A stretch of 35,799 bases of DNA, taken from NCBI RefSeq assembly GCF_001194135.2, contig NC_068981.1, forward strand, positions 148,794,428 to 148,830,226, written 5' to 3'. This DNA is from Octopus bimaculoides (Eukaryota). Shown piece after piece: positions 22,271 through 34,074 of this stretch; the stretch's first letter is position 1; each line of letters begins with the position of its first letter. The position numbers and the translations under genes are program-made. The notes beneath the pieces were generated by a model. The model saw only the letters and a list, made by a program, of their open reading frames with translations, searched no databases and had not been told where the DNA came from.

Positions 22271-22959
22271 ATATATTATGTAATGGTGTTTCCTGCTGAG
22301 TTCTAATTTATCTTTAATTATTTTAGTGTCCGGAGAATAAGTAGCAGCCAAGTACCGTAGTTGATATGATTGATCATGCTCCTCCTCTGCCAAATTTGTG
22401 GCCTTGTACTAATTACATAATTGCTAGTAAATTCAGTCTCCTACTAGTTGATTGGTTCTTTCTTTCATCGTCACTGGAACAACAAAAGGAAAAGTTCGGC
22501 TTTGAATTAAAAAAAAAATCTTTTGAAAATCAGTGTCATTATTATTTTTGACACGCAAGAACCTGCAGAACAAATGTTTACCTCCAGTTTTTGCATCGTT
22601 CTGTAGAATTGGATACTGGCCTACTGCAGGTAGCTTTTTCTTGGGAAAGAAAGAATCCCCACCCGCGCAAAAAACTAAAATTCACTGCCCAGTTCCAAAA
22701 ATCAGATTCCGATGGTGCCTTATAATAATAATTCTTAACAAGAGTTAAGGACACTTAATCCAGATGTCCTTGGCACATTTTAAGGGAGTTGCCGGCTATG
22801 AATCTGTTTGTGTTGTAAGAAGGATGTTAATGGGAGAAATTTAAAAGTGTTGTGCAAGAGGTTCCAGGAACTGAAGAAAATATTCTAAGGGAATCCTGAT
22901 TAAAAATTGTGAGAACGGCTGGTTTATAATAGTCTGCGGCACCTAACAAGGTAAAACAT

Positions 22960-23150
22960 ATGCGACTTATCGTAAATCTTGAAATATGATCAAAATCATC
23001 CTCAAATTACACCCATCTTACAATAATGATAAGATAGACAAGATAGACTGTATGAATATATAAAGGCCAGAATGGTCATGTTTGGAACGCTTGTAATATT
23101 AAATCAACTCAATTAGGGCTGACTTATTCAGCAACTCCACTAGAAACAAC
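22960..23150 (-). mobile_element. Diverged interspersed repeat (family F)
   Basis: Reverse complement of 22972-23013 (GGTGTAATTTGAGGATGATTTTGATCATATTTCAAG) matches the family F core. Confidence 0.45.
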
Positions 23151-23762
23151 TTATTTTCATCTACGCACACACATACACACACTCACGCACATATATACAA
23201 ACAGCGTTTCCTTCTAGTCAAAGTGGAAAAGTGGAAACCAAACGCCTTCTCCAAGGTGTTGTCAATAACACACACACGTATGTAAATTCGGGCATAAGAA
23301 TATTTGATAATTCTCGGATCTAAGATAAATTTGTATCAATCAACAATTATACGACTCTTATTGACGAATCACCTTACATATTTATGGCCTCGTGCAAATG
23401 TGAGTAATTTTGTTCATAATACTTGTACTATGAACAACTCATCCCGGATTTGTTCGGAATGAGTTGAGCCCACTTTAACCAGGTAAATCGACAGGATCAT
23501 GAAAAGAAGCCGACCAAACACTTGGCGATTGCAGAAATTCCGACGCGAAATTGTCATCCAGTTAGTGTTTCTATGGTAGACACCAGATAATGAATCGTTC
23601 AATTTTATATCTAACCAGAGGCAATACATTTAATGGAACATTTCACCATGTTATAGATAAGGGGCATTGATGAAAAGGGATTGGTCAGTGCTGAATGCAG
23701 AGCATCTTTTACAATGTGAAACGGAAGATTTAGGAGAATATATATCAATTATTATTATTATA

Positions 23763-23855
23763 TGAGTTCAAATTCCGCCAAGGTTGACTTTGCCTTTCAT
23801 CCTAATCGACTTAATCCCCTCCCGCAAGCTGCCCTTGTGGCAAAAATTTGAAATA
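23763..23855 (+). mobile_element. SINE family D 3' fragment with internal deletion
   Basis: GAGTTCAAATTCCGCCAAGG..TTTCATCC joined directly to TAATCGACTTAATCCCC. Confidence 0.75.
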
Positions 23856-23889
23856 ATAATAATAATTATTATTATTATTATTATAAGGT

Positions 23890-24082
23890 GGCTGAAGGCG
23901 GCGAGTTGGCAGAATCGTTAGCACGCCGGGCTAAATGCCTAGCGGTATTTCGTCTGCCGTTACGTTCTGAGTTCAAATTCCGCCGAGGTCAACTTTGCCT
24001 TTCATCCTTTCGAGGTTGATAAATTAAATACCAGTTACGCACTGGGGTCGATGTAATCGACTTAATTCATTTGTCTGTCCTT
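23890..24082 (+). mobile_element. SINE family D, young, running into gap
   Basis: A-box-like TGGCAGAATCG and B-box GTTCAAATTCC; highly similar to the 33170-33404 copy. Confidence 0.9.
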
Positions 24083-24757
24083 NNNNNNNNNNNNNNNNNN
24101 NNNNNNNNNNNNNNNNNNNNNNNNNNNNNNNNNNNNNNNNNNNNNNNNNNNNNNNNNNNNNNNNNNNNNNNNNNNNNNNNNNNNNNNNNNNNNNNNNNNN
24201 NNNNNNNNNNNNNNNNNNNNNNNNNNNNNNNNNNNNNNNNNNNNNNNNNNNNNNNNNNNNNNNNNNNNNNNNNNNNNNNNNNNNNNNNNNNNNNNNNNNN
24301 NNNNNNNNNNNNNNNNNNNNNNNNNNNNNNNNNNNNNNNNNNNNNNNNNNNNNNNNNNNNNNNNNNNNNNNNNNNNNNNNNNNNNNNNNNNNNNNNNNNN
24401 NNNNNNNNNNNNNNNNNNNNNNNNNNNNNNNNNNNNNNNNNNNNNNNNNNNNNNNNNNNNNNNNNNNNNNNNNNNNNNNNNNNNNNNNNNNNNNNNNNNN
24501 NNNNNNNNNNNNNNNNNNNNNNNNNNNNNNNNNNNNNNNNNNNNNNNNNNNNNNNNNNNNNNNNNNNNNNNNNNNNNNNNNNNNNNNNNNNNNNNNNNNN
24601 NNNNNNNNNNNNNNNNNNNNNNNNNNNNNNNNNNNNNNNNNNNNNNNNNNNNNNNNNNNNNNNNNNNNNNNNNNNNNNNNNNNNNNNNNNNCAAGCTGCC
24701 CTTGTGGCAAAAATTTGAAATAATAATAATAATTATTATTATTATTATTATAAGGTG

Positions 24758-24965
24758 GCTGAAGGCGGCGAGTTGGCAGAATCGTTAGCACGCCGGGCTA
24801 AATGCCTAGCGGTATTTCGTCTGCCGTTACGTTCTGAGTTCAAATCCTACTGAGGTCAAAATTAGCTTTCATTCTTTCGAGGTCGATGAAATAAAGTACT
24901 TGATAATGATATCAACTAACTCTCTCCCATGAAACTTACTGTCCTTGTGCTTAAATTAGAAGCTG
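24758..24965 (+). mobile_element. SINE family D with young head and diverged 3' half
   Basis: Identical to the 23890 copy up to 24845, then diverges. Confidence 0.8.
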
Positions 24966-24989
24966 TATTTACTCTTTTTTCATCCTTCT

Positions 24990-25392
24990 GAGGTATCCGT
25001 ATGGGTGTTAAGAAGCTCTTCTTGAAACTACCTTGTTTTGGATTCATTCCCGCTACGCGGCACTTAGAGCAAGTTATCTACTATAGTGCTGAACTGGTCA
25101 ATGTCTTGTCAGTGAATTTGGTAAATGGAAACTGTGTAGAAGCCTATTATATATGTCTATGTGTGTGTGCATATTGCTTAAATGTTTTTTTGTGTGTTTG
25201 TCGTCCCCATCGCTTGGTAACCACTGTGATTTGTTTACTCCCTGTAACTTAGCTGTTCGACAAAAACAACCGTTAGAGCAAGTACCAGTCTTTAAAAATA
25301 AATACCGAGATCGATTTATTCGACTGAAACCTTCAAAGCAGTGCTTTAGCATAGCCGCAGTCCTAGGACTGAAACTAGTAACAGATAAAAGA
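24990..25392 (+). mobile_element. SINE family A, old full-length copy
   Basis: Colinear with 18411-18783, including GGAAACTG..GAAGCC, CATCGCTTG, and the AGCATAGCCGCAGTC..GACTGAAAC tail. Confidence 0.8.
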
Positions 25393-25453
25393 TATATACT
25401 GAATACATTTAATCTACTGTGCTACTTGACAAGACGTATTATTAGCATTGATT

Positions 25454-25670
25454 AAGGTGACGGGCTGGCAGAATCATTAGCACTCCGGGCGACATGCTTA
25501 GCAGCATTTCATTCCTCTTTGGGTTCTGAGTTCAAAATTCCGCCGGGGTCGACTTTCTCTTTTAACTTTCGAGGCCGATAAAATAAGTACTACTAGAACA
25601 CTGGGGACAATGTAATCGACTATTCTCCTTCCCTGAGCTTGCTGGCCTTGTGCCAAAATTTAAAACCATT
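25454..25670 (+). mobile_element. SINE family D
   Basis: CTGGCAGAATCATTAGCAC..CTGAGTTCAAAATTCCGCC..GGCCTTGTGCCAAAATTT. Confidence 0.85.
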
Positions 25671-26029
25671 ATTACAATTAGTTGTTTCATGCATGCCTTA
25701 TTCCTAACAATAACAGCCATTAACTCCTTCAAAGCAGTTATTTATTTATTAATTTTTCTGCTGTTAAGTGTGGGAGGATGAACTCAAAGAATTTTTCTCG
25801 TAATATGAAAGATGAAATCATTGAAAGTGAGAGGCGTCAACATCTCACCTTACCTTTTCTTTTTATACCCATAGCATTGAATACATATTTTGACTTAGTT
25901 GGATATTTTTTTCCTTGAATAACTACTTTTTTAAAACTTTTTTTTGTTGCTGAACATCTAACCGTTTAGTGCTTATTGTGAAAACATAGTATGTTGAAGT
26001 GAAACACGGATACAGGAATACTAAACAGA

Positions 26030-26270
26030 AGTCGCAGCAACAGCAGCGGAAAGAAAATGGAAGAGGAGGAGGAGGAGGAAGAAGGAGAAAAAAGAAAACG
26101 AAGAGGAGGAGGAGGAGGAGGAGAATAAGGAAGAGATGAGGAATGACAACAGCAAAAATTGAAAAGGAACAGGACAAGAATGAGAATAATAATATGAAGG
26201 ACGAAGTGGAGGGAGAGGAAAAGAAGGAGAACAACATAAAGAACAACAGCGAAGGATAAAACAAAGTGCA
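26030..26270. repeat. Purine-rich low-complexity tract (GAG/GAA/CAG)
   Basis: Degenerate trinucleotide runs that generate the spurious ORFs at 25923-26307. Confidence 0.85.
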
Positions 26271-26599
26271 AAATTCGCCTATATTTCACGGTATGTGCAC
26301 TATTCATCTTAATCAGTAGTTCGTATGATATTTGTAATCTTAGAACTACGAAATCAGTTCAGAGCATGTGGCTACTGATACTATCGCTTGACTTAATTCC
26401 AAATTTATAATCACAATTCAAGAAGAATAAAAAGAAAAGAAAGGGAAAGAAAGAAAGGATTTTGACTCTACTGGATTCTTCAGTTAAATAACAAACTTGT
26501 CAAGAATGTTCAAAACTTTAAAACAATCAATATTTATCACTGGCAGCATGTAATTTCCTACTAACCTGAGATCTTGGTGCCATTTTTATCGCAACTATT

Positions 26600-26860
26600 G
26601 TGACCTCTGTTCCTCGGAGCTGGTTGGTACCACACCATGTCCACTTAGATTCCTCAATTCCTTTGTGTTTTCTCTTATTACCCATATTGTGTTCATATCC
26701 TTAGGCTGTACACTAATCACAATATCTAGTCTCCTTCCCGAGAAAGTCAGTTCTATGAAATTTTGTTCCCGTTCATATTTTACCTGTAGTCATCCACCGG
26801 CAATTGTGCAAAACCAACATCAACCGAGTCACTAATTTAAGAGACTGCCCAGGCCTTGAA
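26600..26860 (-). pseudogene. Possible decayed restriction-like endonuclease (RLE) region of an R4-type LINE
   Basis: Minus frames give VLHN..KI*..F.RTD, then after a frameshift RLDIVISVQPKDMN..KELRNL..VVP, loosely matching KILWD..QTD..RRPDIV..P.D.N..VVP. Confidence 0.3.
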
Positions 26861-27289
26861 AACAACTCCTTTCTTCAGATCAAACGATGAAAAGAATGGC
26901 GTTTGAAGGCATTTACTTTCACTTACGTTGATAATGCCTTAAGTACCTTAGTATTCACGAAAATGTATCATACAAGAAGAACAAAGATAGAATGACAGAG
27001 GTATAATAAATCAAATTAGAAAAATATGTCAGTTGTAGCATTCGTCTTATAGTAATGTATTTACGACATCAGTGCTGGTACAAGTATTTGGGATATTTGA
27101 CTCGTCTTTTGCGAGAATCCGCTGTATAGATATTAAGATCTGCAAGATCTAAACATCAACTGGAAGCTTCCACAAAAATATTGGGCACTGCTTCAGAAGA
27201 ATGAAGGATATGAAGAGCTTTAACATCAGTGCAGACAGTCTTTGAGTGAGTTAGTTAAACAACAGCAGCAAAATTAAATGCACCAAGCA

Positions 27290-27470
27290 AGCCCTCAAAA
27301 GTAAAAAGAATAACTCCTTACTGGTTGCTTGAAAACCTATCAAACAGTACTCACTTTTTGGTGAGCCTCTCCGAAGTCTCAGAATTGCTGCACTTGCATA
27401 CATCAATAAAAAACTGGAAGAGAAGGACTTTGGATGAAAAAAGTTATAGAAGGGTTTGCTTGATGCACGC
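27290..27470 (+). pseudogene. Possible decayed hAT transposase C-terminus
   Basis: LRSLRIAALAYINKK followed, with a frameshift, by KKVIEGFA resembles RL..LALL.IH..VI..FA. No TIR or TSD found. Confidence 0.25.
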
Positions 27471-28489
27471 ATTACAATGACACTAATGAAGAGTAACCGT
27501 TCTTGGATTCTTGAGTGTTATATTTCAACACATACTGAAAATATGTGTCGTAAGAAGAGACTCTTAGGACATATCTAACGGACTAAAGAGATAATAAAGT
27601 CCTTAAACACTTCAATATGTGACAGATTGTTTATGTCACATTTCTGTGGAAGAAATTAGGTACATAATCAGTAGCTGCCCTAGCTGATATCAAAGTACTC
27701 CTTTCAAATGCAGCATGCTAAAACAATACAACAATGTTTTCTGTAAGAAAAAAACTGCTCTCTGATAAATATGGAAAATTTGTTCTTGAACACATACACA
27801 TAAACACAAAACATATAAGCATACATATCTACACACACAGGTATCAAAAATGAATATGAATAAACTTCTTAGTGCAAACGTAAAGGGTTTGATATAGTAG
27901 TTTATGCTACTATAGATATGGAGGAATGGATAGTAACAAATGGCTTCGCAGGCACTCCGTTAAGTCATTAATGTTTTCTCTTGGACCATTGCAGATCAAC
28001 TTCTGTGGGAAAGATATGAATAAAAAGGGAGGCTAAGGCAGAAAAGAAAAAATTATATAGAATTACAGAGGTCAGCTACCCTGCAGAAGTGAATACTTAG
28101 TCCATAATCAAAAGCTATAGCGTCTCTATCCAGATTACAAATTCACCGTAATACCTATAAGTGTTGCTGAACTTGGCTCAGTCAAAAATATGTATGTGAC
28201 AATCACGAGTTGCTTAAATGTAACGGAAGTAACCATTTATAAAGGCACATATTTTCTAATTTTCAATGTTTCCATACACCGTTCTTAACCAAAGTTTAGC
28301 GAAGGTGCTAAACTTTGTTAGGAATCATCTCTTTATCTTCAGGAAGGATTATATAGACACGTAGTTGCACGAACACATACATAGTTAAATGAATAAATAC
28401 AGATAATATTCATGTTTTTATAAATATGGATGCATATGGCATTTTTTTATAAACTTGTATATATTTCAATATGTTTTCATTTAATTGTT

Positions 28490-28704
28490 TTAGATTTAGG
28501 CTAAAGGCCAGAAATTTTGAGAAGAAGGGTGTTAGTCGATACCATCGACCCCCATGCTTGACTGGTATCATCGCCAGAGGGATTAAACGCTAAGATGAAT
28601 TCTGCTTTTTATCGAGATTTGAACTCAGAACGTAAAGAGCCGGAACAAATACTGCAAGCCATTTTTTCCTACGCTGTAACGATTCTGCCAGCTCGCTGCC
28701 TTAA
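28490..28704 (-). mobile_element. SINE family D, diverged
   Basis: Reverse-orientation ATTTGAACTCAGAACGTAA and AACGATTCTGCCAGCTCGCTGCCTT. Confidence 0.8.
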
Positions 28705-28859
28705 CTGAGTTTCTATATAATAATTATATACTTAGACTTGTATATAATTTGCCATAAACTTAATTAAACGTAAAAGTTCGCCGGAGCGTTACAAAGTTTC
28801 ATTTAATCTTCTTTCGTAGCAAAAATGGTTAACTTTCAGATTAGTTTTCAGATTGTAAT

Positions 28860-28906
28860 ACACACACACAGACATACAGACACAGACTGACACAGACACA
28901 GACACA

Positions 28907-28973
<67 letters not shown>
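28860..28973. repeat. (CAGACA)n/(AC)n microsatellite
   Basis: Read directly. Confidence 0.95.
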
Positions 28974-28976
<3 letters not shown>

Positions 28977-29431
28977 TACACTTACACATACAAGACATCA
29001 ACCCCACACAATCCCCATACACTGATATATTTATGTATATCAATACATATATAAATAAACCTACACATATATTTGTGTATTCGCATAAGTATGTTATTGT
29101 GTATGTGTCCATGGGTGCACGCATTTCTACGTGTGCATAATGTATATATGCGTGCATAAATGTATTTTCATGTGTTCATATAGATGAATATATATATATA
29201 CAAATATGTACACAGTACATGTATACACACACACACACACATGTATACATATATGGGCTGTTAATTGATCAATAATAGCAATGATTAACTGAAGAAAGAA
29301 CTCAATAATGGCTTAAGAGTAAAATTCATTCTTAAAAATGTGTTGCGTGTAATTTCATGTCTCACCTGTTTCAGAGAAGGTTCACACACTCACAACAGAC
29401 AAACATACGCACAATACTTTGTTATATTCAA

Positions 29432-29438
29432 TGTGTGT

Positions 29439-29495
<57 letters not shown>

Positions 29496-29758
29496 NNNNN
29501 NNNNNNNNNNNNNNNNNNNNNNNNNNNNNNNNNNNNNNNNNNNNNNNNNNNNNNNNNNNNNNNNNNNNNNNNNNNNNNNNNNNNNNNNNNNNNNNNNNNN
29601 NNNNNNNNNNNNNNNNNNNNNNNNNNNNNNNNNNNNNNNNNNNNNNNNNNNNNNNNNNNNNNNNNNNNNNNNNNNNNNNNNNNNNNNNNNNNNNNNNNNN
29701 NNNNNNNNNNNNNNNNNNNNNNNNNNNNNNNNNNNNNNNNNNNNNNNNNNNNNNNNNN

Positions 29759-29813
<55 letters not shown>
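29432..29813. repeat. (GT)n microsatellite spanning a gap
   Basis: GT runs on both sides of the N run 29496-29758. Confidence 0.93.
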
Positions 29814-29814
<1 letters not shown>

Positions 29815-30136
29815 ATTTATGTATGTTCAAATGTAGGTACAAAAACTATTTTGAAAATACCCTATCTGTTGTAGATGTAACAGGAGTATTGGAAGTTGAG
29901 AAAGATGAATACGATATGGCGGGAATGTAAAGGATGAAAGGGAACTATAAGTAATGCTAACTGCTAACAAAATTAATACATACATACGTACGTACATACA
30001 TACATACATACACACAGACACACACACACACATATATAGATGTATGAGTATTTGTGTGTGTACAATGTGTGCCCATATAGACATACATGTGCATACGCAT
30101 ATGAATGTACGTGATGTATGTTTGTTAATATATACA

Positions 30137-30188
<52 letters not shown>

Positions 30189-30464
30189 TATACTTATACA
30201 CGTGTGTGCAAGTATGTGAGCGTGTGTGTGTGTGTGTGCGTGTGTGTGTATGTGTGTGTGTGCACGCGCTTGGGGAAGGGTGTAAAAATGTGACGCAATT
30301 GTTTTTCAATTATTTCGGTTTCCCTTTTTTACTTTGTCTCTGTTAAAACGATTCTGTATTCTTGTATTTGTTTTATTAGGAATTAGTGGCAGAATGCGAA
30401 AACTAATTAATAGTTATTGATAACTAATTAATTACATTTGAGTTTGTTTGCCAAAAACAATACT

Positions 30465-30467
30465 AAT

Positions 30468-30518
<51 letters not shown>

Positions 30519-30803
30519 AATAATAATAATAATAATATTAAATAAATAAATAAATAAAACAGCAACAACATCGATAACAACAGTAACAATAATAATAATG
30601 ATAAATACTACTACTACTACTACTAATAATAATAATATTAATAAATAAAACAGCAACAACATCGACAACAACAGTAACAATAAATAATAATAATAATAAT
30701 GATAATAATAATAATAATAAAAATAATAAACCACAGCACATACCCAAGGCGCACAGAGCTGCGCTCGGTAGTGAAGTGAAAGCACGTTATAAAAATAAAA
30801 CTA

Positions 30804-30886
<83 letters not shown>
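30465..30886. repeat. Compound (AAC)n/(AAT)n/(TAC)n microsatellite with a duplicated subunit
   Basis: ATAAATAAAACAGCAACAACATCGA(T/C)AACAACAGTAACAATA occurs twice (near 30550 and 30640). Pure (AAT)n at 30807-30886. Confidence 0.93.
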
Positions 30887-31326
30887 GCGTAAGTGCAGAG
30901 GTACCAAGTATCAACTCCTGATATACAAAACTGTACTCAGAGTCTGCAAGAGGAGAAAAAGTAACTTAGCCATGTTATGGATCGACTATCGTAAGGCGTA
31001 CGATTTGATTCCACATTCTTGGTTTATGGAGTGTATGAACCTATTTGGTATTGCATCGAATGTTGAGCGATTACTTGGAATAAAGTATGGCGAATTGGAA
31101 GATAGACCTGACAGCATACGAAAGAAGTTTAGGGACAGTAGAAATTAGGAAGGGCATCTTCCAAGGGGACTGCCTGTCCCCACTGATCTTTGTACTGTGC
31201 TTGGTACCACTAACACTGATTCTGAGGAAAGCAAAAGCTGGGTATGTATTCAAAAGCCGCTAACAAAAAGTCAACCATTTGTTATTCATGGATGATTTCA
31301 AACTTTATGGTAAAGATGAAGCCCAG
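30885..31326 (+). pseudogene. Reverse transcriptase fragment of an RLE-type non-LTR retrotransposon (R4/Dong-like)
   Basis: GTKYQLLIYK..NLAMLWIDYRKAYDLIPHSW, a frameshift near 31080, then GIFQGDCLSPLIF, a stop at 31261, and VNHLLFMDDFKLYGK. These are RT motifs in R4-clade style. Confidence 0.9.
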
Positions 31327-31499
31327 TACTAATACTTGACTAGTACTCATTTCATTGGCCCTTGAGTGATAAAAAAATATTTTGACCTTGGCAAGATTTG
31401 AAATTAGATAACAAAGAGCCGGAAGATGTACCAAATAGCATTTTGCCTTCTGCTCAGATTGTTTTTCTTAATTCAACACATGAAACTGTTATTAATAAA

Positions 31500-31560
31500 G
31501 ATGATGATGAAGAAGACGACGATCACAACGACGATGAGGAAGACGATGATGATGATGATA
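31500..31560. repeat. Degenerate (GAT/GAC)n repeat
   Basis: Read directly; it supplies the poly-Asp in the ORF at 31398-31685. Confidence 0.9.
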
Positions 31561-33169
31561 TCCTTTATTTGTTTCAGGGGCATTTAACGAGGTTGAGATT
31601 ACAAGGAGTGCTTACAATTATTTTGGAGGTTTACATAAACGATAAGAAGAAGGGGGCGGGAGAGTCAGATAAAAAGAATACATAGCATACAAAATATGTG
31701 TCCCCTGATGCAAAGGAACCTCCATGTTGAGTCAATCAAGGAACCTGACATATCCAGGATCATGCTGACCAACAAAAGCATAAGCCCTCACCCGGCTTTT
31801 GTTCTTCAATACACAGGTACAGGCTTAGAATAGTTTCATGTATCTTAACTGCAATCACCCATATTTGGATATATTCACAAAGAGAGAGAACGTCCCTCAG
31901 CACTCTCAGTGTCCTGTCCAAATGAATCTTTAAAAATTCAATGTGGTCTTGATCAAAGAGGAAGGTATCTGTCCGAAATCCTTTCTGCCTCTTCCGCCAC
32001 AAAATCTTTTTCCCTATACCACTAGACAGGGGAACACCGCTTGCCCTGCCTTGTTAATGGCGCATGGTGGACTTAGCCGATAGACACATTCGTCTCGCGC
32101 ATGACAACAGTTGTCCGCCTTAATACCACAAGTCGGCAATGCTCTGACACTGCATGAGTGCGTAAGGTGAAGTTTCTCTGTTTCCTGCAGATGTTGGACA
32201 AAACCCAGAAGCAGTAGATATAAAAATGTATACGTAATATAAGAAATATATGGATGATAAATTCCTTCCGTGACAAGAGAACATCTAAATAGAGACAACC
32301 AGGGAACCATATATGTTCATGATCTCCCTGATCTCAAGGACTAGTTACCGCTAGGGCTGAAAAACGAACAAAACAACATCCTACGTGTCAGCAATAAGTA
32401 CCCTGGAAACATTCTTTTCCTGATGATCTCCCATACAACCCAAGAACAGCCGAACTAGCAGCATACCTCGAAGAAGACCTGGAGATAAAATGCTCAGCCT
32501 GCAAAAAAAAAAAAAAAAAAAAAAGAATAATAAATAAATAAAAGACGATTCATGAATGTGTTTCCCGAAGACTTGAAGAAGATAGTCATACCAACATGGA
32601 GTGCATTAGTGAACAGCTCTTCAAAGATCAAGGGGAAAACTGCCTCGAAACCCCCAGCTTCTAAATTCTTTTATATCCAAGTCAAAAATTCACATTTACA
32701 CCAGTGATAATTTCTGCTCTTGGTTTTGTTGAGTTAGTGCCTAGTTACAATTTGGGTAAGCTAGGGTTTTCAGAAAAAGAAATCAACTAGCTAATTCGGC
32801 ATATTCCGAATACATTCTGTAAGTGGAAGAGTTAAAACATGCAAGTCTTTTCTCAAGTTTAATATGTGGACTTGTTTTCGTTATCTACATTCCAAAGATG
32901 GAAATTTGAATGTTTGTTAGAAACTAGCTCCTGCTTTACAGGAAGATTTCAGATAAAATCAGAAGAGTGCATAAATACATACTTCGTGCACTCATACACA
33001 TACAAACACCTATATGAATACAAATAATGAATATTGAACAACTCGTGTCCAAATATAGATAAAAAGGAAAGAATTTTTTGAGGTGAGAATAATATCTAAA
33101 GTGTGAAAAAATCAGACTGCGTGATATTGACAGCACCAATTATTTATTTCTTTAATTTATTTATAATAA

Positions 33170-33404
33170 TTTATTTCTTTATTGCCCACAGGGGGCTAAA
33201 CATAGAGGGGATAAATAAGGACAGACAAAGGGATTAAATTGATTACATCGACCCCAGTGCGTAACTGGTACTTATTTAATCGACCTCAAAAGGATGAAAT
33301 GCAATGTCGATCTCGGAGGAATTTGAACTCAGAACGTAACGGCAGACGAAATAACGCTTGGCAGTTCGCCCGGCGTGCTAACGATTCTGCCAGCTCGCCG
33401 TCTT
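33170..33404 (-). mobile_element. SINE family D (tail type 1)
   Basis: Reverse complement closely matches 23890-24082 and ends in CCCCCTGTGGGCAATAAAGAAATAA. Confidence 0.92.
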
Positions 33405-33420
33405 TAGCAGCATCAATATT

Positions 33421-33634
33421 CTTTTTTACTCTAGGCACAAGGCCCGAAATTTTGGGAAAGAGGGCCAGTCGATTAGATCGACTCCAGTACACAACTGGTA
33501 TTTATTTAATCGACCCCGAAAGGATAAAAGGCAAAGTCGACCTCGGTGGAATTTGAACTCAAAACGTAACGGCAGACGAAATACCGCTAGGCAGTTCGCC
33601 CGACGTGCTAACGATTCAGCCAGTTCGCCGCCCG
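33421..33634 (-). mobile_element. SINE family D (tail type 2)
   Basis: Same head and middle as the neighbouring copy, but ends TTTCGGGCCTTGTGCCTAGAGTAAAAAAG. Flanked by near-identical 16-mers (33405-33420, 33635-33650). Confidence 0.92.
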
Positions 33635-33736
33635 TAGCAGCGCCAATATTGCAACAGTATCTCATACGTTGCTGTCAAATTTATGAACCAACCAAGAATT
33701 ACTTTACCTCTTGCGGCAGATGGATGTAAGCAGCAA

Positions 33737-34023
33737 TTACCTTTTATCTTTCACTTGTTTCGGGCATTGGAGTCCGGCTATGCTGGAGTATCACCTTGAA
33801 GGGTTTATTCGAAAAAATTCACCCCAGTGTTTATTTTTAAGTCTATTACATATTCTATCCTTCTCTTTTGTCGAACCTCCATGTTTCGTTGATGTAAACA
33901 AACCGACACCGGTTGCTAAGTGATGATTAGGGTTTAAACACAAACACAAAGACACACACACATAATACATACATATATATATATATATATATACGTACAT
34001 GCATACAAATATACATACCGCTC

Positions 34024-34074
<51 letters not shown>

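Noticed and set aside
23430-23660. Gypsy integrase-like motifs (HPG.VR, PG.IDR, HP, F.G.F..VID)
   Set aside because: Motifs lie in different frames and their spacing does not fit the integrase consensus; unsupported without a translated search.
32100-32260. TTSRQCSD motif recalling a TnpB/Fanzor zinc ribbon
   Set aside because: The second Cys, the downstream CxxC and the RD.NAA motif are absent, and the frame has multiple stops.
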